From positions 168,144,001-168,208,000 of the forward strand of contig JANJGN010000007.1 in assembly GCA_026770705.1 (NCBI GenBank): 64,000 bases of DNA, in the 5' to 3' direction. How positions within the stretch are numbered: position 1 is the first letter of the stretch; each line of letters opens with the position of its first letter. This document shows positions 36,587-48,325 of this stretch, in pieces. The translations under genes were made by a program, and so were the position numbers. The notes beneath the pieces were generated by a model. That model had not been told where the DNA came from, made no database searches, and saw only the letters and a list, made by a program, of their open reading frames with translations. This DNA is from Isurus oxyrinchus (taxonomy: Eukaryota).

Positions 36587-37329
36587 GATTAGTTAATTCT
36601 TACCAACTAACGTTGAGAGTGGCAAAAGAGACTGACCCCCGTCTTGTTGCTACATTGTTATGTAATAGTGACAAGAGCAGAATAAGCGGTGGTGATTAAG
36701 GATGGCTTTTGGCAAGTGATCATTATACTTGAAATAATTGTTTGCCTTTATCAAAGTCAACAAGACAATGAAGATCAGCCATGATTGTGGATTAGTCTGT
36801 GGAAGTTGCACTTCTACAAAATGTTTTAATATAAAATGGATTCCTTGTTTCAAAGACAAGGAAGTATGCGATGTAAATAAAAATGAATGTGAAACTGAAC
36901 TTCACAGTACCTCTAATTCAGTGCTATGCTGCAATGAGCTTTGCGTAAGTGCACATGCACATGTGAGGCACTGATAATATTAAAATTCAAAAACCGTGTA
37001 GGTGCTGTAATTCCTAGTTTTCTTAATAGAAATTTCATGCAAATAACCTTCCTTTCAATATTGCTTTCACCTTTCAATTGTGAGTGGGTCTTGTGCCGAA
37101 ATTAACATAATACAGCGTACTGCAGCTCATAGTGTAACTCAACCCAGCTATATTGCTCGTGCCTACAAGTGCAATCTCCAGAGTTGCAAGGACTTGTCCG
37201 TTAACTGTAAGATGATTACAGCTGGTCAGCATTCTGGACAAATACTCCTGGCCCACACATCCCCATAAATATGACTCAGTTTCCACTGTGCTCAATCTAG
37301 CATACACTGCTCAGGATTATGTGTATTCT

Positions 37330-37630
37330 TGTGGGAGAATCTAGAACTCGGGGTCACTGTTTCAAAATAAGGGGTCGCCCATTTAGGGAAGAGATGAGGA
37401 AACATTTCTTCTCTCAGAGGGTTGTGTGACTTTGGAACTCCCTTTCTCAAAAGGTGATTGAGGCAGAGTCCTTGAATATCTTTAATGTAGAGTCAGGTAG
37501 ATTCCAAGCAAGGAGGAGAAAGGTTATTGGGGGTAGGCAGGAATATGAGCTTAAAGTTATATCAGCCATGAGCTTATTGAATGGTGGAGCAGGGGCCAAG
37601 TGGCCTACTCCTGCTCCTAATTCGTATGTT
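37330..37630 (+). mobile_element. CR1 LINE 3' end
   Basis: GAATCTAGAACTCGGGGTCACTGTTTCAAAATAAGGGGTCGCCCATTTAGG..TTCTCTCAGAGGGTTGTG..GAATGGTGGAGCAGG..TGGCCTACTCCTGCTCCTAATTCGTATGTT. Confidence 0.9.
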
Positions 37631-37794
37631 CATAAATCCTTTCTGGTTGAGAGCAAAAGCGGGCTTCTGTGTGATGTCCTCCACAACCAAATACCTGCTA
37701 ATTCACTGTCAAAGCTCACATGATTACTGGGCACTTGAGCAAGGTGCGAAGGGTAGCATTTGTTCTCCATGGACCTCCAAGATGGTGAATGCTT

Positions 37795-38195
37795 CTGACA
37801 AAGAGGGGCACAAATCTCTAATAAATTACAATAAGGAATTCAAGAGAAACTTCTTTGCCCAGAGAATGATTAGAATATGGAACTTGTTATCACATCACAA
37901 CAGTAACTACAATTCAAAAATATTCAGCAGTATTTCATTGGATTTAAATTGATTAGGGACCTCTTGAAGCCATGAAAGGTGCTACATAGACGCATGTCTT
38001 GCTTTCTTTTTCACATGGAGTAGTTGAGGCAAATAGCAGAGATATATTTATGGGGAAGATGGATGAGCACATGAGGGAGAAAGGAATAGCAGGTTGTGCT
38101 GATAGTATTAGATGAAAAAGGGTTACAGGAGGTTTATGTGGAGCGTAAATGCAGGCATAGAAGTATGGCCTATTTCGCTGCTGTAAATACTATGC
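37795..38195 (+). mobile_element. CR1 LINE 3' end interrupted by a SINE/L2 3' tail (37896-38010)
   Basis: The CR1 sequence GGAACTTGTTATCACAT|GGAGTAGTTGAGG is split. TCACAT is duplicated at 37890-37895 and 38011-38016. Confidence 0.8.
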
Positions 38196-38537
38196 TATAC
38201 ATGCATAAATGCATGTTTATGTATTAGTTACCCAGCAGACTTGGATGACATTGTGGTATATAGATCTCCAAATAAAATCTTTGCATTCTGAACTCTTGAA
38301 ATGATCTGTGCTTTAGTCATGGAAAGTCCCTCACCTTTTAAAAGCAGCTATCTTTTATGACGTATTTTTAAGCAAAGTGTTATTTAAGGGAATCTATATG
38401 TTGTTCTAAATGAAATTGTGTTTTCTTACCAGCAGATTTCTAGTTGTCAAACCAAAATCTTGAAATAAGACTATACAGTTTTGCATCTGCTGCATATCAT
38501 TGGCTGCATGCCAATGATCATGGTAAAATGTTACCAA

Positions 38538-38576
38538 CTCTCTCTCTCTCGCGCACACACACACACACACACACAC
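38538..38576. repeat. Compound microsatellite (CT)n-GCGC-(AC)n
   Basis: Read directly from the sequence. Confidence 0.95.
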
Positions 38577-39778
38577 CTGCATTCAGTTTGAGTTATCCAC
38601 CCTCCTTTGTTCAGTAACAGGCAATGTTGTGTGTCCTGCAACAGACATTTTGTGCAATTATCGTGCAATTCCTTCTATCTTTATACAGCATTTTTTCCAC
38701 TTGTGTATCCCTACTGCTAGAAGTGCACAATGGGAAATCACTTGCATATAATTTACCATATTCTAGTCGTCACTAAGCTCCCAATATCCAGCAGCATACA
38801 CCAAAAAAGACCCTTAGTTTTCCATGTATTTTCATTATATGCATTATTATTGTTAAAATCTTTCCCCGGGGAATTTTAAGTCTGCTGTGTGGTGCAGATC
38901 AAGCAACTTCTTGTTTGCTCTTTAGTTATCCTCCCTTAGCCTCTGATCCTGTTTCCTGAAGAACTCACTGAGTTCACTGTGAATCTGATCGTTTTTTGCT
39001 GGACTGCTCTTGTGTCACGCCTTCATTTCATTTGGCATTTAGGTCCCTGTCACTGACACCACTTTTCTTACATGTATTTACAGTAACTGCATACTGATTC
39101 CACTTTGAGCAATAAGCTTTCTACCATTAATCTAAAATTCTTATGTACGGTAATTTTCTTTTATTAAGTTATACTTATGGAAGAAAATTCACACATACTA
39201 ATACCATATAATAAGAATATTGCTTGCTTATTCATAGTGTGGGATCTGGAGTGGTAAAGGGCAGTTCAATGCATCAAACTTGCACCATCTTGAAGGCATT
39301 GTATGGTTATTCTGTTCTGCACTAACTCCTTGTTTCTCCCACCATTGTAACATGTCGATTCTTTAATTCAAGAACAGTAATAAGAAATTAAAATTGACAA
39401 TGATAACTCTATATTCTGATTGTAATAAATATGGCAGACAATGGCTGGGCCGGCATTTACCAGTTGCCCTTGAGAAGAGCATATTTTGAGGTAACCAGTG
39501 TTATTGTAATTTTAAAATCAAGTGGAAAAAGTTGCATCTTCAATTACAATTTTAGGCTTTGTAAAGTGACAGCTGCCAGAGTGAAAGTGTTAACAAAGCG
39601 TTTACACACTACAGTTCATAAAAACACAAAACTAATAAAAGCAAATCAGGTAATAATGAAGTGGGTTGCAGCATCCACAGATAGATACGTTCATAATAAG
39701 ACTACATGCTTTAAATACTTCATGGAGAAACTAGCCCAGCAATAATGGGTGTTCTAATATGAAGGACATTTTGTTGCA

Positions 39779-39825
39779 CTTCAGGGAAAGGGTCACTCCT
39801 CTTCAGGGAAAGGGTCACTCGTCTT
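39779..39825. repeat. 22-bp tandem duplication
   Basis: CTTCAGGGAAAGGGTCACTC occurs at 39779 and again at 39801. Confidence 0.95.
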
Positions 39826-39831
39826 GTTTTT

Positions 39832-40603
39832 GGGTAGAATCTTGTTGAGGTGTCAGGGGTCTCACCTGTTCACCATCCAGTCGGCAGGTGAGACCCACAC
39901 AACTGCTTTTCAGGAAGGCCCGCTGAACCTAACGCCAATCAGGCAGTGGCAAGACCAGAAGGTGGGCCTACCCATGGAATCAGGTCCCTGGGGTTGGAAG
40001 TCTTCCCAAGCAAGAGCTGCTGGCCATTCAGAGGCCGGCAGCTCGTGCTCAGCAGCACCAAGGAGGAGGCTGTGGCGGCTGCCAGAAGAACATCACCTCA
40101 GAGTCCCAGGATTGCGGAGAAACCTAGGACAAAGGTAAGTGATGTTATGGAAGTGGTGGTTTTGCAGGATGGAAGTCGTGGGGCCTCTGAGGGCTGCAGG
40201 GGGTTCAGAAGCAAGGGCAGGAGTTGACTTTCAGTAGCCTCCTCCACCATCCCCTTCCAGCTGTCCATTCTCCACCACTGCCCCCCCCCAACTCCCAGCC
40301 CCCACCAGGAGGTGACAAGCTGCTGCAGGGTAGCAGCTGTCATGCACGCCGCATGGCAACAGACCAGCCAGCAGATGGGTTAATCCCAGCAGTGGTGGGC
40401 TGAAGCACTTAAGTGGCCTTAATTGCTAATTAACAGCCTCAATAAGTGCCAGGGCAGGAAGGTTGACCGTGGACCTTCCCGCCCAGAATTTATTTCAGGC
40501 AGAGGCGGGTTGGCGGCAGGGTTCGGGTACAGCATCATCCCACCTAAGTATATGCCCTTCCTGCCTCTACGCTTGCCACCAGTGAGTGCACAAGATTCCA
40601 CCC
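39832..40603. mobile_element. Harbinger-type MITE (about 772 bp), same family as 9465-10170
   Basis: TIR GGGTAGAATCTTGT versus reverse complement GGGTGGAATCTTGT (13/14). Flanks are TTT and ATT (2/3 TSD). Collinear with 9465-10170. Confidence 0.85.
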
Positions 40604-41589
40604 ATTATTTTGTTTTGGATGTCTCATGTGTGCTGACACCCAGTACTTAGATCTTCACTCTTCAATCTATCCTGTATTTGGGTACCTCTTGGAGGAATGC
40701 TGTTTAATACCCTTACATACCCATCATTGTGATATGAGAACATTACTATTTGTGGTTAACTACATTGAAATTCAGATTTGCCCAAGAAATGGGACATCTA
40801 ATGGAACAGATAACTTTCATTCCTGGTAACTGGCTTCAAGTTTATCCCAGGCTGAAGAAATGGGATTCTATTGTGGGCATAAGCCAAAAGCACAAAACTG
40901 CCAATAATTCTGGCAGTTTTACAAGAAATAAGAGCTACAGGTGTTATAAAAAAGAAATGTTGCTGTTGGGGTTTGAGGTGAAGAGATTTTTGTTGGAGCG
41001 GTGTGTAGGAGCTTATATCTTGCATGGAACCAATGTTATCCCTGATCTGGGAAACTAAACATTGATGTTTTCATAAGCGATTAATGTTGAGTCTTGGTGA
41101 GGTTTGAGGTTTACACTGATGCCAACCTATTATCCAATGTTTGCCTTTCTAGTCATGGGAAAGATAAGGCAAGTGAAATTTTATTGTATTCCCCATTCTA
41201 GTAGGTAACATTGCTTTTTGGGGGCAATTCATAAATGTATCCTGAAATTCTGCTCTAAACAAGGCTGTCTGTCACCAATTAGGAGGCCTATGTCAGCTAC
41301 CACACACACTGTATGGTATATCACAGCAAAAGAAAAACAGACCAGCTGGCTCAGCTTGTCCCCTCCTGATGGGAGCAGGGGGGGTGGTTTGGGTGGTGTT
41401 TTTTTGTGTGGCGGTGGTGGAGAACTGGACATCATGAAGGTAGGGTTGTGGAGTGAGGGTGGGGGGCTGCTGGAAGTTGACTCCTGCCCTTGCTTCTGAA
41501 CCCCCTGCAGCCCTCTCCCCACGACCTCTACCCTGCAAAACCACCCACTCTTACCACATCACTGATGTGTGTGCAAGTAATATGCTCCA

Positions 41590-41900
41590 TGAGCAACCTT
41601 GTCTGCCATATCTTGTCTTCATTAAGTCCTGCTCATCATCCATCATCCTCATCCTTACCTTCCAATGCATTCAATTTAAACTCCTCATCCTCCACTACAA
41701 GTTTCTCCACAAGTTCTTGCACCCTATCTCTGCAGTCTCCTTGAACACTATAACCTCTCCTGAACACTCCGTTCCTTAGACTCCAGCATTCTCAACTTTT
41801 CCCCCCTCCCTTTGCACCACCAGTGAAGACAAAACTTTCAGCATCCTTGATCCTTGTCTCTGGAACAACCTTTTAAAATCTCTCCGCCTATTCTCCACCT
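41590..41900 (+). mobile_element. Old L2-clade LINE ORF2 C-terminal fragment
   Basis: FQCIQFKLLILHYKFLH (cf. QRIxFKILxLxYKxLH), followed by a region resembling GxxAFSxxxPxLWNxL (CCTTGTCTCTGGAACAACCTT). Confidence 0.6.
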
Positions 41901-44179
41901 TGTAATTTACCAACAATTGAAGTAAGAACTCCACAAAATGTTCTAGGCTCTCTACTTGTTGTTCTACGACCTCAATATCCACATCCTGACTATCTATGTC
42001 TTTTCTGACAATGAGGCAAAGTGCATATTTAGTACTCTGATTTCTCTGCTCTGTATTACAAGCATACTTCATTCAACTTTTAGAAACCTGGCCATGTCTA
42101 TTGCCCTAAAAAAATCTCTAGGTATTTTAGTATTTTGTCTTGTGATTACTCATACCCTCTTTCAGCCTTTCTAATCGACATTTTGTAGCTTTCAGATATA
42201 AAATTATTTGTCCTGACTTTTTTTTTAAACTAGCGTATTGTACTTGCTTTGTCCTGTCTTTAACCCACTCATAGCAGATTTATTCTGGCATTTACTGTAT
42301 TTCTTTTATTTTGAGAACATTGGCTACTGTTAGATTGCCTTCCTGCTTTACCTGAAATATGCTTTACATTTTTCTACTCTTCAGATAACAAAAATTCAAT
42401 CCTATACAAACCGATAGCTATAAATGTATAAAACTAAATTAACTAAGCGACAGAATCCCATTCTTATGTGCCTCAAGAGATTCTTTTCTCAAGCGACCTG
42501 GTTGTCAGCCATCATACTCCCTTCAAAAGCTCAGATGTTACGGTGGAGGATTGTCATGGAAAGCGAAGCCAAGTCATCCTTAGGTCATTGCAACTCGCAG
42601 GAGTGAGCGTGCTTTTATTGACACCCAGTTGTCAGCATAGCTGGGTTATGAAAGCTGCCAGACTCAACTCATTTCTAGAGGCATGTGTTCAAATCTCACT
42701 TCTAGCATTTATTTTAAAGAAGAGATCCTGAATTTTGTATGGATTACACTTCAGCTCATCAAGATATGACTGGCTATTTTCCAGGAATCCTTGACTCTGC
42801 TCTTTGAGCTTTGCACTACAGTTCTATGTATTTTCTAATCATGTCATTAACAAATTCCAGTAAACGTTATCTACTATGAATAAGGCTCATGATGAAGCAC
42901 TGACTATGGTGTGTTTTCAGGATGTGTTAACAAGACTGACAAAAGGCCAGCTACTTTCCGGGAGTTAACATCGCTTATCATGATCAGCATCTTTTTAGGG
43001 TCAGCAATTCTTTTCAATGCCAGGTTGCAGTGTAATCCTATGACTGTCAAGTAACATCAACCATGCCAGAAAACATCAAGTCCGCTAGGTATTTTGGAAC
43101 AGCGCAGAGAGAATGAGTGCAGGCAAAAGCTGGTTTGTTTATTTGTATTTACCAGTAGGCTCCATTGAGTACATAATATTGAGTTGTCAGCCCCAGGCTC
43201 CTGAAAGTTGTATGATAGCTTGGTAGTGTAAAGAGTATTTACTGGTAATTCCAGCTGAATTACAGTTAGTGTCATTGATATTAACTGAATCTAGAAGGAT
43301 TTTATAACCTTTATAAAATATGCAGATTGAAGCCGTTAAATAATTCAGGTGATCCAAAAATACGATGTCCGCCCTCACAGCTATAGTAATAAAGTATGTC
43401 TTTATTAATGGGGAAAAGGGAGTTAATAAAATTCCCTTATTTTAGAAACCTGTGCAGAAAGGGCTAATTGTTTAGGAGTACTCCTTCACCAGCCATCCTT
43501 GATTATTAGTTTTTTTTAAACAAATGTTTAGTGGATTTGTGCTCATTGAGGTGAGGGATGATCGTGCCTGGAAAGGAAATTTTTTTCTGCATTGCATTCC
43601 CTGCTATTAGCATCAACCACTTACTGTATGTAGGTGTAAAGCTCCTGCTACTCTGCCTACATATTGCACTCCAGCTCTGGTTCAAAGGAGCATCCTGTAC
43701 CATACCAATGTGCGGCAGTTCTTAATCTCTCACACCAGCCATTATTGTGCCTGAGGTAGGTTGCCAATTTGAGCTGATTTCCTGCTGTGGAGCTAAGCAC
43801 ATTCAGACCTAGATTTGATCTCTTGAAGCGTATTTCAATTAGGACAAGATAAAAATCATGATATTATAAAAAGAAAGAAAAACACCTGCACACTCTTGGT
43901 TGGATTAAATCCAGATCCTTGAGTGAGAGGACTTATTCTAAACAACAGAGCAACAGAGACACTCTCAATGTTCAATTGTAAGACTAGATACAATAAACTG
44001 GCTTGTTGGTCTTGCTGGTTATAGTAAACAGTAAGTTCATTGGATTGACGTGAGTCCTATGCATTACCAATTACTTGAATGATTGAAATTTTTTAACCAT
44101 ACTGTCTTATTTTCTACACTTCATTCATAAGGTTATAGACATAACAATTCTACAACATGTTTTCATTGTTCTTGTTACA

Positions 44180-44507
44180 GTCTCTCCTTCAACAGCACCT
44201 TCCAAACCTGCAACCTCTACTAGCTAGAAGGACAAGGACAGCAGATACATGGGAACACCACCACCTGCAAATTCCCCTCCAAGCCACACCATCCTGACTT
44301 GGAACTATATTGCTGTTCCTTCACTGTCTCTGGATCAAAATCCTGGAGCTCCCTCCCTAACAGCACTGTGGGTGTACCTACACCACATGGACTGCAGCAG
44401 TTCAAGAAGGTGGCTCAACACCACCACCTCAGGGCCAATTAGGTATGGGCAACAAAAGTGATGGCCTAGCTAGCAACACCTACGTCCCGTGAAAGAATAA
44501 AAAAAAT
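44180..44507 (+). mobile_element. CR1/L2-group LINE 3' end, relatively well preserved
   Basis: Encodes LLQQHLPNLQPL..SFTVSGSKSWSSLPNSTVGVPTPHGLQQFKK.. and ends in GAATAAAAAAAA. Confidence 0.8.
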
Positions 44508-46046
44508 ACTTTTTCATGTGGGGATTTTTTTTGGACTAGTGGTTATGGTGCGCGTGGAAATTGTGGAGGGAGGGTGAGGGCTGCGAGAAGGGTGGAATTA
44601 GAAGATCCCAATAGTTTATTCTAGTTGGCTGTGGGTTGAGGGCAATCAGATTTCACCAGCCGACAATTTCAAACATTATTCATAGCTCAAATACATTCAA
44701 TGGGGTTTCTGTGCCTGTGGAAATATGGACATTAGATTCAAAGATGAATTCTACCAACCTGAATGAAGCTTAAGGGTAGTAAACATGGGGGATTGAGTAC
44801 TCAGGGAATGAGTCCAAGGGAGGCAGAATGGAAATTTTCAGGGAGAATTTTCTTTCAGCAAGTTGATTACTTCTATGCTTTGGAATAAAATTACTGTTGT
44901 GTGGAAAACATAACATTTTATGGTTATTAAACCACAATTGAAACCTTTTAAGATTTCTCCTAACTTTTCTGAAAAACCAGATTACATATAAAATCATTGC
45001 TAATTCTTATTAATTGGCCGGGAAAATGAGAACTCTGATACTTCACTTTCGCATGATCTTCACTGTTATTACAAGTTAGGAAGAGCATTTATAATCAACA
45101 AACCAGTAAATTGGCTTTTATTTTGAATAGGAAAAAGCAATCTCTTTCGAGTAGCAAAAATTAATGTGTTGTGCTTTTGTTTCAAGAACTATCATGTTCT
45201 GACATATAGGTGCTTAAGTAGATTTTATCTGTTTCACTCCTAAGATTTTTTTTTTTATCTTTGTTTGGTTTTTACTCAAAAAAAAATTCTGGTGAGACTT
45301 ATGTGTTAAATTATCTATCACATTGCGTAGAATGAGGTAATTTTTATTTTGTGTGTGTCCTTGATTGTACATACAACTTTGGATATATAATAGAGCAATC
45401 TTACACTGCATGCCATTTGAATTTTTTGCAGCAGTAAAAATGTAAACTTGAAAATGCTTATTCTCCATGTGTCAGCCTAGGCAAAGGGTATCATGCAGTT
45501 TATCCGTGATGAGCACAGTGCTGCTGAGCCCAGTTCTGACTTTTACATGCACCTGTTACAGGCAGGGCAACTATCTATTCTTCTAGGAGAAGCCATTCCG
45601 GCCTTTTCATCCCTCTCTCCTTTGCACATGTTGAAATTGTGCTGCAGTAAAGAACATGTTTTAATTTGGTAATTAAGAGCAGCTGCCCCAACTGGGGAAG
45701 GATTAGGGAATCATTGCAAGAGTATAAAAACAGTGTTGTGGGGAGGTGGGGGGAACTGGAGGAACCTGTGTCTTTACTCTCTACTCTTGGAAGTAAACCA
45801 GTCTTAAGGAAAAGACTGGCTTCAGATTCATCGTTTCCTCATTATATGATGAATGGAATTAACACCCTGTCCCCCTTCTTGCCCCCTCCCTCCCACCACC
45901 ATCTTCACAGCCAGGAAGCTAATTCTCATGTCCCAAATGTTGCTCCAACCAGGCGTGCTAGCTTAGCTTCTTCCTCCTTCAGGTACCATGCCCTAAGGGG
46001 GTATTGGTGAACATGGGTTGGTTTATGAAATGCTTGGCAAAGTATT

Positions 46047-46997
46047 TGTTATGATACAGCAGGTGGTATTTGCCATGCTGACCAAATCCACAAGGGAAAC
46101 TTGGGCACACCATCACAATGGTTTTACAATTTGTATTTATTACGAGAAGGTTTGTGCACTGATTTCAGGAATAATTAGTCCACTAACGCCTTTCAGGATT
46201 TAAAAAATTAAACTAAAACATTTATTAACAGAAGAAAAGAATTAAAGCACATACATAAGATTACAGTTACACATTTACTTAATATATAACAAATCCCAAA
46301 ACTCCTAATTAACCTGACTCCCAACTACACACCCCCTTTAAGGCAACAGACCAAAATAGATTTTAAATTTAGATAGGCAATCCAGCAAGGTTACCACAGC
46401 ACCCGCTCGACAGTGGAATTCCAAAAGCTTTTAACACAACTTTGGTTACTGGAACAGCAAACTTGTGCAAAATGGCTAGAGGTGTTTTCCCCTAGCCTGT
46501 TTCATATGGTGTATCTTTTAGATCTTACACGACCACCCTCTCACAACCTTCCATCCTTCTTTAAATATATTTCTGTCTCTTTAATCTGTAAATTCCGTTG
46601 TTTCCATATGTCTTTGGAATTTACTTTTCCCATAATATAAAAATCTTTCATGTTGTCAATATGGCCTTTTCCTTTTGGGAAAAATAAACAGACTAACCTT
46701 GCCTTATTTATCCTGACAGTTGTGACACTTTATCATGTTTCTTTGAAAACCAAACACCTCCCCACTTATCTTAATATGCAGATTTCATTCACACCCTATC
46801 TGTTGAGACTTTTACCCTCGTTCACTTATTAGCATTTCAAATACTCCTTTTACTCCTAATTCTCTTGATAATTTCAACCTTGCAGTCGATCCAACTCTAA
46901 TTCAGTTAAATCAGCCACCCACAGACCCCCACATACAAATAAGGGACAAAATAAGATGCCATAATACTATTATGAAAAATATGATAGTTACATGCCA
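46047..46997 (-). mobile_element. Probable solo LTR (about 950 bp)
   Basis: Begins TGTTATG and ends CATGCCA, an imperfect terminal inverted repeat with TG...CA ends. A minus-strand AATAAA at about 46221 and a TATA-like motif at about 46565 are in LTR order. Only ATT is duplicated at the flanks. Confidence 0.5.
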
Positions 46998-47220
46998 ATT
47001 GCAATGGCTTGCCATTGCCTCCTGCAGTATGGCTGACTAGGAAACACTCCCACTTCTACCACCTGCCATCAGGCATATTGAAAAGATTTGCAGGCTGATA
47101 ATCCACCTGTTTGGCCACATTATGAATGCCCCTTCTTTGGCTATCAAGTCCTGAAGTGAGATTTGAACCCAAGGCTTCTGGACTAGAGATAGGGGCATTA
47201 CCACTATGCCACCAGACCTT
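46998..47220 (-). mobile_element. 5' part of a tRNA-headed SINE
   Basis: The minus strand reads GGTGGCATAGTGGTAATGCCCCTATCTCTAGTCCAGAAGCCTTGGGTTCAAATCTCAC, with Pol III A and B boxes. Confidence 0.7.
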
Positions 47221-47419
47221 GACTAGCTCAGCACAGATCTAAAATCAAACATGGGACCTTCTGATCTAGATTACCCAATACCACACTTCAATAGTCCAAC
47301 CTTAGCACAAAGTGGTTTGCATATGTGTTCATTGCCATTGAGCTGTAGTAAGTCTGCACAATGTTAGACAGAATATCTGCATTTCTGAATGTTTAGCTAT
47401 TTTAACCTATTCCACCAAT

Positions 47420-47830
47420 TTAATCTTTCCTCTGAATTTCCTTATTATTCATTCCTATTTTGTATGACCTGGTATTTGATATGTTCACTTTAGTCAGCAA
47501 ATTACCTGGATAAACTTTGACAACTCCCTTCATAATCTTGAAACCGTCAATAGGCTCACTTCAAACTTTCTTCTTTCCTGGAGAAAATTGACTCGAAATC
47601 CTTATCTTTACTACAATTCCTTAGAGATGCAATGAACCTGGATGCTACATTCTGAAGAACAGTAACTCCTTTCAATAATTAAGTGACCAGAACTATTAAC
47701 AGTACACCAGATAGGGTATAACCAAAGCCTCATGAAAGAACAACACAAATTATTTTGATTCATAGAGTCGCTTTCAGATAATAAATATAACTTGGGACCT
47801 TATTTGCTGCAGCCAAGCACAGTGGTGATG
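47420..47830 (-). mobile_element. Old CR1 fragment
   Basis: CCCTTCATAATCTTGAAA..GTGACCAGAACT..ACAGTACACCAGATAGGGTATAACCAAAGCC is the reverse of the CR1 motif LVxPxLxYCxQFWSP. Confidence 0.6.
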
Positions 47831-48149
47831 GTCACATTGGTGTATCTAACAATACTCATATTTTCTCCTCCTTTGCTGTTATGTTTAACATTACTCTGCG
47901 TTTTAGTCCCTTGCTCCCATTAGCAGTTACTTGTTGACTGGTCTTCGGTTTTACAGTCGGTTGGCTTACAAGTAGTAACAAGGCACAAAAGGCCAGAACA
48001 TAGGGAAAGAATGCAACTATTGAAAGGCAAATACCTAGACAAAAAGAAAACCTGAGGAAGGGAGGAGTGGAACAAATCACAAGAGATAAAGCTGGGAAGG
48101 GAGCAAGGCGAGGTTCTTGGCAACTTATAAACCACTCTTTCAAACTCAT

Positions 48150-48325
48150 ATAATAAAAGCAAATTACTGTGAATGCTGTAAATCTGAAATAAAAACAGAA
48201 AGGCTGAAATTACTCAGCAGGTCTGACAGCATCTGTAGAGAGAGAAACAGAGTTAACGTTTCAAGGTGCATTTAACTTTTTCAGAATTGAAGAAAGATAC
48301 AAATGTGATGGGATTTATGCTGTTG
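48150..48325 (-). mobile_element. Penelope-like pLTR fragment with a decayed hammerhead
   Basis: AAATCTGAAATAAAAACAGAAA..TACTCAGCAGGTCTGACAGCATCTGTAGAGAGAGAAACAGAGTTAACGTTTC. Confidence 0.8.

Noticed and set aside
42385-42602. Exon-like segment (TCTTCAG acceptor, GA|GTGAGC donor)
   Set aside because: All three frames stop shortly after the acceptor and the peptides are unrecognised. At most a non-coding exon.
47150-47215. tRNA gene
   Set aside because: A and B boxes are present, but there is no full cloverleaf and it continues into a SINE body.
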